DNA of 64,000 nucleotides from Candidatus Nanoarchaeia archaeon (GCA_041488275.1 JBGPOY010000003.1:14092-78091), one strand, 5' to 3'. Positions 8,622 to 18,299 are shown, numbered from the stretch's first letter. Notes: generated by a model from the letters alone, not told the origin. Made by a program: numbers and translations.

Positions 8622-8639
8622 AACCCCCTTGTTTCCCGT

Positions 8640-8655
8640 ATTGCAGTTTATATAG
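8640..8655 (+). promoter_or_regulatory. Second TATA box upstream of tRNA-Lys
   Basis: gtttatata lies about 100 nt upstream of the mature tRNA-Lys 5' end. Confidence 0.4.
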
Positions 8656-8754
8656 ATTGAGTGCGCACACATGGAGGGAAGGTTCATCGGTTCTGGCAGG
8701 GGGAGTCGGCTCATTCGCAATCACGCAAAACTATCTGGCGTGGTTTGCATTAAA

Positions 8755-8828
8755 GGGCTGCTAGCTCAACCTGGCAGAGCAGCTGGCTTTTAACCAGCGG
8801 GTTAAGGGTTCAAATCCCTTGCAGCCCG
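8755..8828 (+). tRNA. tRNA-Lys(TTT)
   Basis: Acceptor GGGCTGC/GCAGCCC, anticodon stem GCTGG/CCAGC, loop CTTTTAA, T arm AAGGG-TTCAAAT-CCCTT. Confidence 0.95.
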
Positions 8829-8884
8829 TCAAGTGACGGGGTGCAAGCTCACCGAGCGCAACTCGGTGTTTGCTTGCAGCCCGT
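8818..8884 (+). repeat. 12-nt direct repeat of the tRNA-Lys 3' end bracketing a 43-nt hairpin-bearing insert
   Basis: cttgcagcccgt occurs at 8818-8829 and 8873-8884. The hairpin CACCGAG-CGCAA-CTCGGTG lies at 8850-8868. Confidence 0.7.
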
Positions 8885-8962
8885 TCCATTCATCGGCACA
8901 TCCGCGCGGGGCAAAAGGCCCAATAGTCCGTCAAGTTCATAGCAAGTGGGGAAGACACGCGA

Positions 8963-9205
8963 ATGAAAGCTAAATACGACGTGACCAAGCACATCCTGGT
9001 GCCAAAGCACGCCAAGGCCAGTGAAAAAGAGAAGAAAGACCTTCTTGAGTCCTACAAAATCACCATCCGCGAACTTCCGCGCATGGTCAAATCCGATCCC
9101 GCGCTCCAGCTTCTTGACATTGACGAGGGCGACGTCATCAAAATCACGCGCCCCTCCCCGACGTCGGGCGAGACCGTCTTCTATCGCCGCGTGGTGAACG
9201 GGTAA
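8963..9205 (+). CDS. rpoH: DNA-directed RNA polymerase subunit H (Rpo5)
   Basis: 80 aa. HILVPKH...LPRM..DP...G.VIKI.R.S motif set and the conserved position ahead of rpoB. Confidence 0.9.
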   Translation: MKAKYDVTKHILVPKHAKASEKEKKDLLESYKITIRELPRMVKSDPALQLLDIDEGDVIKITRPSPTSGETVFYRRVVNG

Positions 9206-10684
9206 ATGGCAAGCTACAGCAAGCTCCTCTTCGAGAAGTATTTCCAGGAGAACTCGCTCGTCGCCAGCGACATCGAGAGCTTCAACCACTTCCTCGAAAA
9301 GACTTTGCAGCGCGTCATTGACGAAAACAAGATTATCGAACCGACCATCATTCCGCCGAACGTCGAATCCTTCAAAATCCGTTTGGACAAAATCATCGTC
9401 GAGAAGCCGGAAATCACGGAAGCCGACGGCAGCAAGCGTCCGATTTATCCCATCGAAGCGCGCCTGAGAAAAATCAGTTACGCCGCTCCCATTTATCTCG
9501 AAGTCTCGAGCCACATCAACGAAGTCCAGCGCGAAAGCATCACGACGCAAATCGGCTCGATGCCCATCATGCTCAAGAGCAATCTCTGCCACCTCAGCAA
9601 GCTGTCGCACGACGAACTCATCGAAAAGGGCGAAGACCCCAACGACACGGGCGGCTACTTCATCATCAACGGCACCGAACGTGTCCTCGTCAACGTCGAA
9701 GACCTCGCGGCGAACCGCATGATGGTCGAAAAAGACGGAAGCGACACCATCGGCAAGATTTTCAGCGAGTTCGGCGCGTACAAGATTCCGCACACGTTCG
9801 AACGCCTCAAGGACGGACTGTTCTACATCAGCTTCACGCGCGTCAAGCGCGTCCCGCTCATCATGCTCATCAAGGCCCTTGGTCTGACGAAGGACGAAGA
9901 CATCGTCAACGCCATCAGCAAGGACCGTCAATTCGACGAAGTTCTCATCAACCTGTTCGAGTTTGTCAACCTCAAGGATCCGGAAGACGCGATTGACCAA
10001 ATCGCGAAACGCATCGGCATCACGCAGGCCAAGGACGTCCGCATGGAGCGCATGGACGAACTCATCGACAAGTTCCTGCTCCCGCACATCGGCACGACCA
10101 AGGATGCCCGCGCGAAGAAGGCGCTCAACCTGTGCAAGATGCTCAAGAAGATGATTCTCGTCAGCCTCAACGAAGCCCCTGTCGACGACAAGGACCACTA
10201 CTCGAACAAGCGCCTGAAGCTTTCCGGCGACTTGCTCGCAGACTTGTTCCGCGTCAACCTCAAGGTGCTCATCGGCGACCTGATGTACAACTTCCAGCGC
10301 ATCGTCAAGCGCGGCAAGTTCCCGAGCATCAAGGTCATCATCCGCGAGAAGCTCCTCACGTCGAGAATTTACAGCTCGATGGCGACCGGCAACTGGGTCG
10401 GTTCGCGCAAGGGAATCTCGCAGCGCATCCAGCGACTCAACCACTTGAACACGCTTTCACACTTGCAGCGCGTCGTTTCCCCGCTCAGCTCGAGCCAGGA
10501 AAACTTCGCCGCACGTGAACTCCACGCGACGCACCTCGGACGATTGTGCCCGTCGGAAACGCCGGAAGGTACGAACATCGGTCTGAGAAAGAACCTCGCC
10601 CTGCTCGCGCAAGTGTCGCGAGGCATGGAAGACGCTGAAGCCATCCAACTGCTCAAGCACGCCGGTCTCAAGGAGGCCCACTAA
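9206..10684 (+). CDS. rpoB2: RNA polymerase subunit B'' (N-terminal half of split Rpo2)
   Basis: 492 aa with GGYFIINGTERV and RLCPSETPEGTNIGL motifs. Its stop overlaps the next start. Confidence 0.95.
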   Translation: MASYSKLLFEKYFQENSLVASDIESFNHFLEKTLQRVIDENKIIEPTIIPPNVESFKIRLDKIIVEKPEITEADGSKRPIYPIEARLRKISYAAPIYLEVSSHINEVQRESITTQIGSMPIMLKSNLCHLSKLSHDELIEKGEDPNDTGGYFIINGTERVLVNVEDLAANRMMVEKDGSDTIGKIFSEFGAYKIPHTFERLKDGLFYISFTRVKRVPLIMLIKALGLTKDEDIVNAISKDRQFDEVLINLFEFVNLKDPEDAIDQIAKRIGITQAKDVRMERMDELIDKFLLPHIGTTKDARAKKALNLCKMLKKMILVSLNEAPVDDKDHYSNKRLKLSGDLLADLFRVNLKVLIGDLMYNFQRIVKRGKFPSIKVIIREKLLTSRIYSSMATGNWVGSRKGISQRIQRLNHLNTLSHLQRVVSPLSSSQENFAARELHATHLGRLCPSETPEGTNIGLRKNLALLAQVSRGMEDAEAIQLLKHAGLKEAH

Positions 10685-12483
10685 TGGCGAGCGAAGTCTA
10701 CCTGAACGGCCGTTTTGTCGGCGACATTGAAGACAAGGACGGATTTGTCAAGCACTTGCGCGCCGAGCGCAGAAAGACGCAGGGCACGATGAACGTCCGC
10801 TACGACGAAGCCCTCGACCAAGTGATGGTCGAGACGACGCACGGACGCCTCAGACGCCCGCTCATCATCATCAAGGACGGCATCCCGACGCTCACGGAGA
10901 AGCACATCAAGCAGCTCCAAAAGAACGAACTCGGCTGGAACGACCTCATCGAGCAGGGAGTCATCGAATTCCTCGACGCGGCTGAAGAAGAAAACGCGCT
11001 CGTCGCGTTTAACGAAGCCGACCTCACGCCGGAACACACGCACCTCGAAATCTCGCCGCTCGCGATGCTCGGCTTGACCGCGTCGTTGATGCCGTACGCA
11101 AACTATTGCCACGCTCCTCGCGTCATCATCAACGCGCGCAACCTGCGTCAATCGATTGGACTGTACACCGCGAACTACCACGTCCGCATGGACATGGACG
11201 TCAACCTGCTTCACTATCCGCAGTCGCCGATTGTGAAGAGCATCACGCACGACCTTGCCAAGTACGACAAGCACGCGGCGGGACAAAACATTGTCGTTGC
11301 GGTGATGAGCTACCGCGGCTACAACATGGAAGACGCCGTCATCATCAACAAGGGCAGCATCGAGCGAGGATTCGGACGCAGTAGCTATTTCCGCCCCGCG
11401 GCGACCGAAGAACTTCGTTACTCGGGCGGCCTGATGGACCAAATCGGGATTCCCGACAAGGAAGTCAAGGGCTACAAGTCCGAGAAAGACTACCGCCTCC
11501 TCGAAGAGGACGGCATTATCTATCCTGAAGCAAAAGTCAAGGAGGAAGACGTCATCATCGGCAAGTCCTCACCTCCGCGATTCCTCTCATCGCTCGAAGA
11601 ATACTCGCTCGCCGGCAACGTTCGACGCGAATCCAGCGTTGCGTTGCGACACGGCGAAGAAGGCATCGTTGACTTCGTCCTCATCACCGAAAACGAAGAA
11701 GGAAACAAGCTCGTGCAGGTCCGCTTGCGCGACCACAGAATTCCGGAAATCGGAGACAAGTTCACGTCCCGCCACGGACAGAAAGGAGTCGTCGGACTCA
11801 TCGTTCCGTCCTCGGACATGCCTTTCACGTCAAACGGTCACGTTCCTGACTTAATTTTCAGCCCGCACTCCGTTCCTTCGCGTATGACGTTCTCCCACTT
11901 GATTGAGCTCGTCGGCGCAAAGGCAGGCGCGCTGGGCGGACGCTACATCGACGGCACCGCGTTCGACGCCGAACCCGAAGAAGCGCTCCGCAAGGAATTG
12001 CTCACGCTCGGCTTCCGCGAAAACGGCGTCGAGACGATGCACAACGGCCTCACGGGCGAACAGTTCCAGGCCAAGATTTACGTCGGTCCGATGTACTACC
12101 TGCGCCTGAAGCATATGGTCGCCAACAAGATTCAGTCCCGCGCGCGCGGACCCATCCAGCTCCTCACCCGCCAGCCGACCGAAGGCCGCGCGAAAGAAGG
12201 CGGTCTCCGCTTCGGAGAGATGGAGAAGGACACGCTCGTCGCGCACGGCGCCTCGATGCTGCTCAAGGAGCGCTTCGACTCCGACAAGACGGTCGTTCCG
12301 GTCTGTGAAAACTGCGGCGTCATCGCGATTCACGACCCGTACAAGAACAAGCGGTACTGCCCGATTTGCGGCGAGAACACCGAAGTCAACGACATCGAAA
12401 TCAGCTACGCGTTCAAGCTCATCCTCGACGAATTCAAGTCGATGGGCATCTATCCGAAATTGATGCTGAAGAGCAAGTACTAA
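10684..12483 (+). CDS. rpoB1: RNA polymerase subunit B' (C-terminal half of split Rpo2)
   Basis: 599 aa with GYNMEDA, GDKF.SRHGQKGV, GGLRFGEME and a C-terminal Zn ribbon CENCG...CPICG. Confidence 0.95.
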   Translation: MASEVYLNGRFVGDIEDKDGFVKHLRAERRKTQGTMNVRYDEALDQVMVETTHGRLRRPLIIIKDGIPTLTEKHIKQLQKNELGWNDLIEQGVIEFLDAAEEENALVAFNEADLTPEHTHLEISPLAMLGLTASLMPYANYCHAPRVIINARNLRQSIGLYTANYHVRMDMDVNLLHYPQSPIVKSITHDLAKYDKHAAGQNIVVAVMSYRGYNMEDAVIINKGSIERGFGRSSYFRPAATEELRYSGGLMDQIGIPDKEVKGYKSEKDYRLLEEDGIIYPEAKVKEEDVIIGKSSPPRFLSSLEEYSLAGNVRRESSVALRHGEEGIVDFVLITENEEGNKLVQVRLRDHRIPEIGDKFTSRHGQKGVVGLIVPSSDMPFTSNGHVPDLIFSPHSVPSRMTFSHLIELVGAKAGALGGRYIDGTAFDAEPEEALRKELLTLGFRENGVETMHNGLTGEQFQAKIYVGPMYYLRLKHMVANKIQSRARGPIQLLTRQPTEGRAKEGGLRFGEMEKDTLVAHGASMLLKERFDSDKTVVPVCENCGVIAIHDPYKNKRYCPICGENTEVNDIEISYAFKLILDEFKSMGIYPKLMLKSKY

Positions 12484-12484
12484 C

Positions 12485-15265
12485 ATGCCAAAAGCAAAAG
12501 CAAGCGCGGAAACGAAGAAGGACATCGCCGAGATGACGCCTGACGTCGCCGAAACGGTTGACGAAGACGAAGTCATGCTGAAGTCCGGAGACGTCGGCGC
12601 GGGAATGACGTCCGAGGAAGCCGCGGCTCCGGTCGCGGAAGTCTCTACGGATGCGGTTGAAAGCGCGAGCGCCGCTCCTCGTCGAGAACTTCCGATTGCC
12701 GCGCCTCAATACATTTTCAAGCAGGTCAAGTCCTTGGTGTTCGGCGTTCTCTCGCCGAAGATGATTAAGAAGATGGCGAGCGCCAAGATTGTCACTCCTG
12801 AACTCTATGACAAGGAGGGGTATCCGGTCGACGGCGGCCTTATGGACATCCGCCTCGGCGTCATCGACCCCGGCCTGCGCTGCAAGACGTGCGGCTGCAA
12901 GTTGAAGGAGTGCATCGGTCACTTCGGCTACATCGAGCTTGCACGACCGGTCGTCCACATCAAGTTCGTTCCCGTTATCCTTTCATTGCTCCGCAGCACC
13001 TGCCACGAATGCGGCAAAGTCCTGATTCCGAAGGAAAAAATCGAGAAGGCGAAGAACGTCCTCTCCAAGATTGAGCGCGAAGGCGGCTTGCGCGCGCGCA
13101 GAAAGGCCATCAAGACGATTATTGATTCTCTCAAGGCGGGCGCGAAGTGCGCGCACTGCAACGCGAAGCAGGCGAAGGTCAACCTCGAAAAGCCCACGAC
13201 GTTTGTCGAGGGAGAACGCCGCGTCTCGCCCATCGAAGTCCGCGCCCGTTTGGAAAAGATTCCCGACGAAGACGCGGCGTTGTTCGGATTGAACCCGAAG
13301 ACCGCGCGTCCGGAATGGATGATTCTCACGGTCTTGCCCGTTCCGCCGGTCACGATGCGACCCAGCATCACGCTCGAAACCGGTGAGCGTTCGGAAGACG
13401 ACCTCACCCATAAGATGGGCGACATTGTCCGTATCAACCAGCGCCTGTTCGAAAACATCAACGCGGGCGCTCCCGAAATCATCATTGAAGACTTGTGGGA
13501 CCTCTTGCAGTATCACGTGACGACGTTCTTCGACAACGACGTCGCGCAGCTGCCTCCCGCCCGCCACCGCAGCGGTCAGCCGCTGAAGACGCTCACCGAG
13601 CGCATCAAGAGCAAGGAAGGACGCATCCGACACAACCTCGCCGGAAAGCGCACCAACTTCTGCGCCCGTACGGTTATCTCTCCTGACGCCCGCATCAAGG
13701 TCAACGAAGTCGGCGTTCCGAAGGTCATCGCGATGAAGGTCACCGTGCCCGAAGTCGTGCAAGCGTGGAACATGGTCTACTTGAAGAAGTTCATCGAGCG
13801 CGGTCCGCACACCTATCCTGGCGCGAACTACGTTGTCCGTCCTGACGGCAAGAAAAAGAAGATTACCGAGGAAACCAAGGAAGCCGCGATTGAGGAGCTC
13901 CAGCCCGGCTACGTCGTCGAACGCCACATGATGGACGGCGACATCACGATTTTCAACCGACAACCGTGCCTGCACCGCATGAGCACGATGTGCCACCGCG
14001 TCAAGGTCCTGCCTGGACGCACGCTGCGATTGAACCCGACCGTCTGTGCCCCGTACAACGCGGACTTCGACGGTGACGAAATGAACCTGCACGTTCCTCA
14101 GACCGAAGAATCGCGCGCCGAAGCCGAAATCCTGATGGACGTCCAGACGCAGATTATTTCTCCGCGTTACGGACTGCCGGTCATCGGCGGCTTGCAGGAC
14201 GCGCTGTCGGGCAACTTCGCGCTCACGCGCGGCGGGGAAATGCCCCGCGAGGAAGCCATCGAATTCCTGATTCACATCGGTCTCACCGACGTCAGCAAGC
14301 TGCCGCACAAGAAGACCGTCAACGGCCGCGAGATTTTCAGCGTGCTCATGCCGGACGACTTCAATTTCAACGGCACCTCGCGAGCCGGAACGCCCGTTGT
14401 CATCAAGGACGGCAAGCTCGTCGAAGGAGTCATTGACGAAAACTCGCTCGGCGAGGGTTCGGGACACTTGCTCCGCGCGCTCCACCGCCAGTACGGTTCG
14501 GAAAAGACGATTGACCTGCTCTACAAGATTTTCACGCTCGGCAACGAATTCCTGCAAAAGACGGGCTTCAGCTGTCACATCTCGGACTACGACCTGCCCT
14601 CGTTCGTGCAGGAACAGATTGAAGCGACCATCAACGAGGCCGAAAACGAGATTCAGGGCGTCATCCAGCAGTTCCACGACGGCAAACTGGAAGCGTTCCC
14701 CGGACGCTCGATCGGCGAGACGCTTGAGTTCAAGATTCTCGAATTGCTCAACAAGGCGCGTAACAAAGCCGGACAGATTGTCCGCGAGCACGCCAAGAAG
14801 GACACGGACACCCGAATCATGGTCGACTCCGGCGCCCGCGGTAACATTCTCCAGCTCTCGCAAATCTCCGCCATCGTCGGCCAGCAGGCATTGCGCGGCA
14901 AACGCATCGAGAAGGGCTACCGCGGACGCACGCTGTCGTGCTTCAAGCGCGGCGATATTTCGCCGTTGGCTCGCGGCTTCGTGCGCAACAACTTCAAGCG
15001 CGGCTTGACTGCCCAGGAGTTCTTCTTCTGCAGCATCACGGGTCGCGACTCGCTGATGGACACCGCCCTGCGTACGCCGAAGTCAGGTTATCTCTATCGC
15101 CGCTTGGCGAACGCCATGCAGGACTTGCGCGTCGAGTACGACGGCACGGTCCGCGACGCGACGGGCAAGATTATCCAGTTCGCCTACGGAGAAGACAACA
15201 TCGACGTCTCGCGCAGCGAGGCCGGCAAAATCAACATCAAACGCATCATCGAATCGGTGGACTAA
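12485..15265 (+). CDS. rpoA1: RNA polymerase subunit A' (Rpo1N), with a possible ~75-aa acidic/Ala-rich N-terminal extension
   Basis: CKTCG...GHFGYIEL zinc region and the NADFDGDEMN catalytic loop. Homology to A' starts near residue 76. The ATG lies 1 nt after the rpoB1 stop. Confidence 0.93.
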   Translation: MPKAKASAETKKDIAEMTPDVAETVDEDEVMLKSGDVGAGMTSEEAAAPVAEVSTDAVESASAAPRRELPIAAPQYIFKQVKSLVFGVLSPKMIKKMASAKIVTPELYDKEGYPVDGGLMDIRLGVIDPGLRCKTCGCKLKECIGHFGYIELARPVVHIKFVPVILSLLRSTCHECGKVLIPKEKIEKAKNVLSKIEREGGLRARRKAIKTIIDSLKAGAKCAHCNAKQAKVNLEKPTTFVEGERRVSPIEVRARLEKIPDEDAALFGLNPKTARPEWMILTVLPVPPVTMRPSITLETGERSEDDLTHKMGDIVRINQRLFENINAGAPEIIIEDLWDLLQYHVTTFFDNDVAQLPPARHRSGQPLKTLTERIKSKEGRIRHNLAGKRTNFCARTVISPDARIKVNEVGVPKVIAMKVTVPEVVQAWNMVYLKKFIERGPHTYPGANYVVRPDGKKKKITEETKEAAIEELQPGYVVERHMMDGDITIFNRQPCLHRMSTMCHRVKVLPGRTLRLNPTVCAPYNADFDGDEMNLHVPQTEESRAEAEILMDVQTQIISPRYGLPVIGGLQDALSGNFALTRGGEMPREEAIEFLIHIGLTDVSKLPHKKTVNGREIFSVLMPDDFNFNGTSRAGTPVVIKDGKLVEGVIDENSLGEGSGHLLRALHRQYGSEKTIDLLYKIFTLGNEFLQKTGFSCHISDYDLPSFVQEQIEATINEAENEIQGVIQQFHDGKLEAFPGRSIGETLEFKILELLNKARNKAGQIVREHAKKDTDTRIMVDSGARGNILQLSQISAIVGQQALRGKRIEKGYRGRTLSCFKRGDISPLARGFVRNNFKRGLTAQEFFFCSITGRDSLMDTALRTPKSGYLYRRLANAMQDLRVEYDGTVRDATGKIIQFAYGEDNIDVSRSEAGKINIKRIIESVD

Positions 15266-16414
15266 ATGCACGCTGACCTGAAAGAATACGAAGGCAAAGT
15301 TCCGGACAAGCTTCTCCGAGACCTCGAGGAACAGTGCCCGGCAGGCAAGCTGAAGAAGGCAGCAAAGAAGCTGCACGAGGAATATCTTCACGCGAAGATT
15401 GACGCCGGCGAAAGCGTCGGCATCGTCGCGGCCGAATCCATCGGCGAACCTTCCACGCAAATGACCCTCAACACGTTCCACTTCGCGGGCGCCGCTGAAA
15501 TGAACGTCACCGTCGGACTGCCGAGAGTCGTCGAACTGCTCGACGGCCGCAAGGAAATCAAGACGCCGATGATGGAAATCTATCTCAAAGCCCCGTACAA
15601 CAAGGGCAAAGACTTGAGAGAGCTCGCGCTGGCGCTCAAGGAAACGAGCTTCAACGAACTCGTCAGCGAATTCAACCTCAACGTCGTCGACCTCAAGATT
15701 GAGTGCAAGCTCAAGAACGACAAGATGAAGGAATTGAGCGTCACGGCGAACACGATTGCCAAGGCGCTCGAGAAGGCGGTCAAGGGCATCACGATTAAGG
15801 AAGGCGACGGCGAAATCACCATCAAGCTCAAGGGTGCGGAAGACAAGAGCCTCAACGAACTGTACAAGGTCAAGGAAGCCGTGCGCAAGGTGTACGTGTC
15901 GGGCATCAAGAGCATCTCGCAAGTCCTGCCCGTGCGCCGCAAGGAAGAATTCATCATCATCACCGCGGGCTCGAACCTCAAGAAGGTCCTCGAGCTCGAC
16001 TTTGTCGACGCAACCCGCACGACGACCAACGACGTGCAGGAAATCCGCGAAGTCCTCGGCATCGAAGCCGCCCGTCAGTCTGTCTTGAACGAAGTCACGC
16101 GCGTGTTCGAAGACCAGGGTATCGACATTGACATCCGCCACATCATGCTGGTCGTCGACACGATGACCGTCTCCGGCGACGTCAAGGGCGTCACGCGCTA
16201 CGGAGTCATCAGCGAAAAGAGCTCCGTCTTGGCCCGCGCGTCGTTCGAAACTCCCATTTTGCACATCATTGAAGCCGCGCTCGTCGGCGAAACGGATGAA
16301 CTCAACTCCGTCGTCGAGAACGTCATGCTCAACCAGCCCGTTCCGATTGGCACCGGTCTTCCGGGACTCGTGGCAAAGGTCGAGAAGAGCAAGCTCAAGG
16401 AAGCAAAGGAATAA
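15266..16414 (+). CDS. rpoA2: RNA polymerase subunit A'' (Rpo1C)
   Basis: 382 aa. [27 protein letters not shown] trigger-loop region. Confidence 0.93.
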   Translation: MHADLKEYEGKVPDKLLRDLEEQCPAGKLKKAAKKLHEEYLHAKIDAGESVGIVAAESIGEPSTQMTLNTFHFAGAAEMNVTVGLPRVVELLDGRKEIKTPMMEIYLKAPYNKGKDLRELALALKETSFNELVSEFNLNVVDLKIECKLKNDKMKELSVTANTIAKALEKAVKGITIKEGDGEITIKLKGAEDKSLNELYKVKEAVRKVYVSGIKSISQVLPVRRKEEFIIITAGSNLKKVLELDFVDATRTTTNDVQEIREVLGIEAARQSVLNEVTRVFEDQGIDIDIRHIMLVVDTMTVSGDVKGVTRYGVISEKSSVLARASFETPILHIIEAALVGETDELNSVVENVMLNQPVPIGTGLPGLVAKVEKSKLKEAKE

Positions 16415-16418
16415 TCTC

Positions 16419-16688
16419 ATGGCAACGCACACAACCGACATCAAGAAACTGCTCGACGCGGGCAAGCTCGTCATCGGCGGCGAGCGCACGCTCAAACTGC
16501 TCAAGCAGGGCCACGCGAAACACGTTTACCTTTCCAAGAATTGCAACGCGGACATGTGCGGCGACGTCAAACGCTACGCGCAGATGAGCGGCACCGAAGT
16601 CAGCCAGCTCAATGAGTCCAGCGAAGAGCTCGGCGCGCTGTGTCGAAGACCGTTCGGCATCAGCATCATCAGCGTCGCGAAGGAGTAA
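16419..16688 (+). CDS. rpl30e: Ribosomal protein eL30 (L30e)
   Basis: 89 aa from the internal ATG at 16419. GKLVIGGERTLKLLKQG...ELGALCRRPFGISIISV matches the L30e fold, and the gene sits in its conserved position after rpoA2. Confidence 0.85.
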   Translation: MATHTTDIKKLLDAGKLVIGGERTLKLLKQGHAKHVYLSKNCNADMCGDVKRYAQMSGTEVSQLNESSEELGALCRRPFGISIISVAKE

Positions 16689-16704
16689 GTCTTCTCGTGG
16701 TTGT

Positions 16705-16792
16705 CAGAAATTGCGTTAAGGAAAAAGAAGAGACGCAATTTCTGAACATGCTCCCAACTTGCTCCAATTGGGATGGCAGGTGAGCAAGTTGG
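16705..16792 (+). promoter_or_regulatory. Two tandem perfect hairpins in the L30e-nusA spacer
   Basis: cagaaattgcgt (16705-16716) pairs with acgcaatttctg (16733-16744), giving 12 bp. ccaacttgctc (16754-16764) pairs with gagcaagttgg (16782-16792), giving 11 bp. Confidence 0.6.
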
Positions 16793-16809
16793 GACATATC
16801 AAGTTCGGC

Positions 16810-17205
16810 ATGGACGAAATGAAGTTCATGGCGTTGCTTGAACAAATCTCCGGCGTCATTCCGAAAGACGTCATTGTTTCTGAAGAACGCATTGTCTTTA
16901 TCGTTCCCGCGCAAAGCATCGCCCGCTGCATCGGCAAGGGCGGTGTGATCGTGAAGAAGCTCGAGAACCTGTTGAAGAAGAAGGTCAAGTACATCGAGTA
17001 TTCGGACCAATTGCCGCAGTTCGTGCGCAACGCGGTTGCGCCGCTGGAGCTCGCGAATGTCGAGGAAGAAGACGGCGTCGTCACAATGCACGCAGCCGAC
17101 CACCAGACGCGCGGATTACTCATCGGACGCTCCGCAGGCAACCTTCGTTCGACGGAAGCCCTCGTGCAGCGCTATTTCCCTATCAAAGAGCTGAAGGTAG
17201 CGTAA
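16810..17205 (+). CDS. nusA: Archaeal NusA-like KH-domain protein
   Basis: Two KH-like modules (IGKGGVIVKKLE, IGRSAGNLRS). The ATG at 16810 is preferred because the longer ORF (16759) runs through the second hairpin. Confidence 0.8.
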   Translation: MDEMKFMALLEQISGVIPKDVIVSEERIVFIVPAQSIARCIGKGGVIVKKLENLLKKKVKYIEYSDQLPQFVRNAVAPLELANVEEEDGVVTMHAADHQTRGLLIGRSAGNLRSTEALVQRYFPIKELKVA

Positions 17206-17233
17206 TCTTTAAATACCCCCTCTCGGGGTGTGA

Positions 17234-17677
17234 ATGACAATGGCAAATAAGGCAAACGGACTGAACGTGGCGAAATCGCTTATTGCCAGGCGCCACGCCG
17301 GCCGTTGGCACTCGAAGAAGTACGTCAAGCGCATTCTCGATCTCAAGACCAAGGCCGACCCGCTCGAAGGCGCGTCGCAGGCAAAAGGAATCGTTCTGGA
17401 AAAGGTTCAGCTCGAAGCCAAGCAACCGAACTCCGCGATGAGAAAGTGCGCCCGCGTCCAGCTCATCAAGAACGGCCGCCAAGTGACTGCGTTCATGCCG
17501 GGCGACGGCGCGCAGAAGCTCATCGACGAACACGACGAAGTCATGATTGAATGCATCGGCGGAAAGAAAGGACGCGCGAAAGGCGACATCCCCGGAGTCC
17601 GCTGGCAGGTTATCAAAGTCAACGATCAAAGCCTCGACGCATTGCTCGACGGCAAGATCGAGAAGGCACGAAAGTAA
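17234..17677 (+). CDS. rps12: Ribosomal protein uS12
   Basis: [15 protein letters not shown] and GDIPGVRW motifs. 147 aa. Confidence 0.95.
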   Translation: MTMANKANGLNVAKSLIARRHAGRWHSKKYVKRILDLKTKADPLEGASQAKGIVLEKVQLEAKQPNSAMRKCARVQLIKNGRQVTAFMPGDGAQKLIDEHDEVMIECIGGKKGRAKGDIPGVRWQVIKVNDQSLDALLDGKIEKARK

Positions 17678-17678
17678 T

Positions 17679-18299
17679 ATGGCAGACGAAGTTGCAGCCC
17701 ACTCCGGAATTCTCGCGTTCAACACGTGGAACACCGAAGGTATCGTGGTCGAGGACCTGGGCTTGCAGCGCTACATCATCACCCAAGCGCGTATCGTTCC
17801 CAAGACCGGCGCGCGCTACGCGGGCCACAACTTCCACAAGAGCAAGGTCTTCATTGTCGAACGCCTGATTAACAAGGTCATGAACCCCGGCACGAAGTCG
17901 GGCAAGCACTGGCACAGCTCCGGCCACATGACGGGCATGGCTCCGCAGGCGTACGACATCGTCCGCCGCGCGTTCATCCTGATTGAACAGCGCCTGAAAG
18001 AAAACCCGATCAAGGTCTTCGTCAAAGCGTTGGAAAACGCGGCTCCGAGAGAAGAAATCGTCACGATTGAATACGGCGGCGCCCGCTATCCGAAAGCGGT
18101 CGAGTGCGCTCCGCAGCGACGCATTGACATCGCATTGCGGTACTTCACGCAGGGCGCGTACGGCAAGAGCTTCAACTCCAAAGTCTCCATCGAAAGCGCG
18201 CTCGCCGACGAAATCATTTCCGCGTACCGGCTCGACCAGAAGTCAACCGCCATCCAGAAAAAGCTGGAATTGGAACGACAAGCGGACGCGAGCAGATAA
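17679..18299 (+). CDS. rps7: Ribosomal protein uS7
   Basis: Starts at the internal ATG 17679, 1 nt after the S12 stop. REEIVTIEYGGARYPKAV and IDIALRY are typical of archaeal S7. Confidence 0.92.
   Translation: MADEVAAHSGILAFNTWNTEGIVVEDLGLQRYIITQARIVPKTGARYAGHNFHKSKVFIVERLINKVMNPGTKSGKHWHSSGHMTGMAPQAYDIVRRAFILIEQRLKENPIKVFVKALENAAPREEIVTIEYGGARYPKAVECAPQRRIDIALRYFTQGAYGKSFNSKVSIESALADEIISAYRLDQKSTAIQKKLELERQADASR

Noticed and set aside
8849-10444. Long antisense ORFs opposite highly conserved genes. Examples are 8849-10444, 12983-14863, 15083-16504, 39895-41508, 42215-44119, 46172-47893, 5070-6434 and 52943-54130.
   Set aside because: Each lies fully inside, and antisense to, a gene with unmistakable homology (rpoB, rpoA, EF-2, EF-1alpha, sufS and others). 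Their translations are low-complexity and rich in R, D, E, V and G with no motifs. This is typical of stop-poor antisense frames in GC-rich coding DNA.
16759-16809. The longer NusA start at 16759 given by the ORF track.
   Set aside because: The extra 17 codons run through a perfect 11-bp hairpin and add residues not found in archaeal NusA. The ATG at 16810 is preferred.
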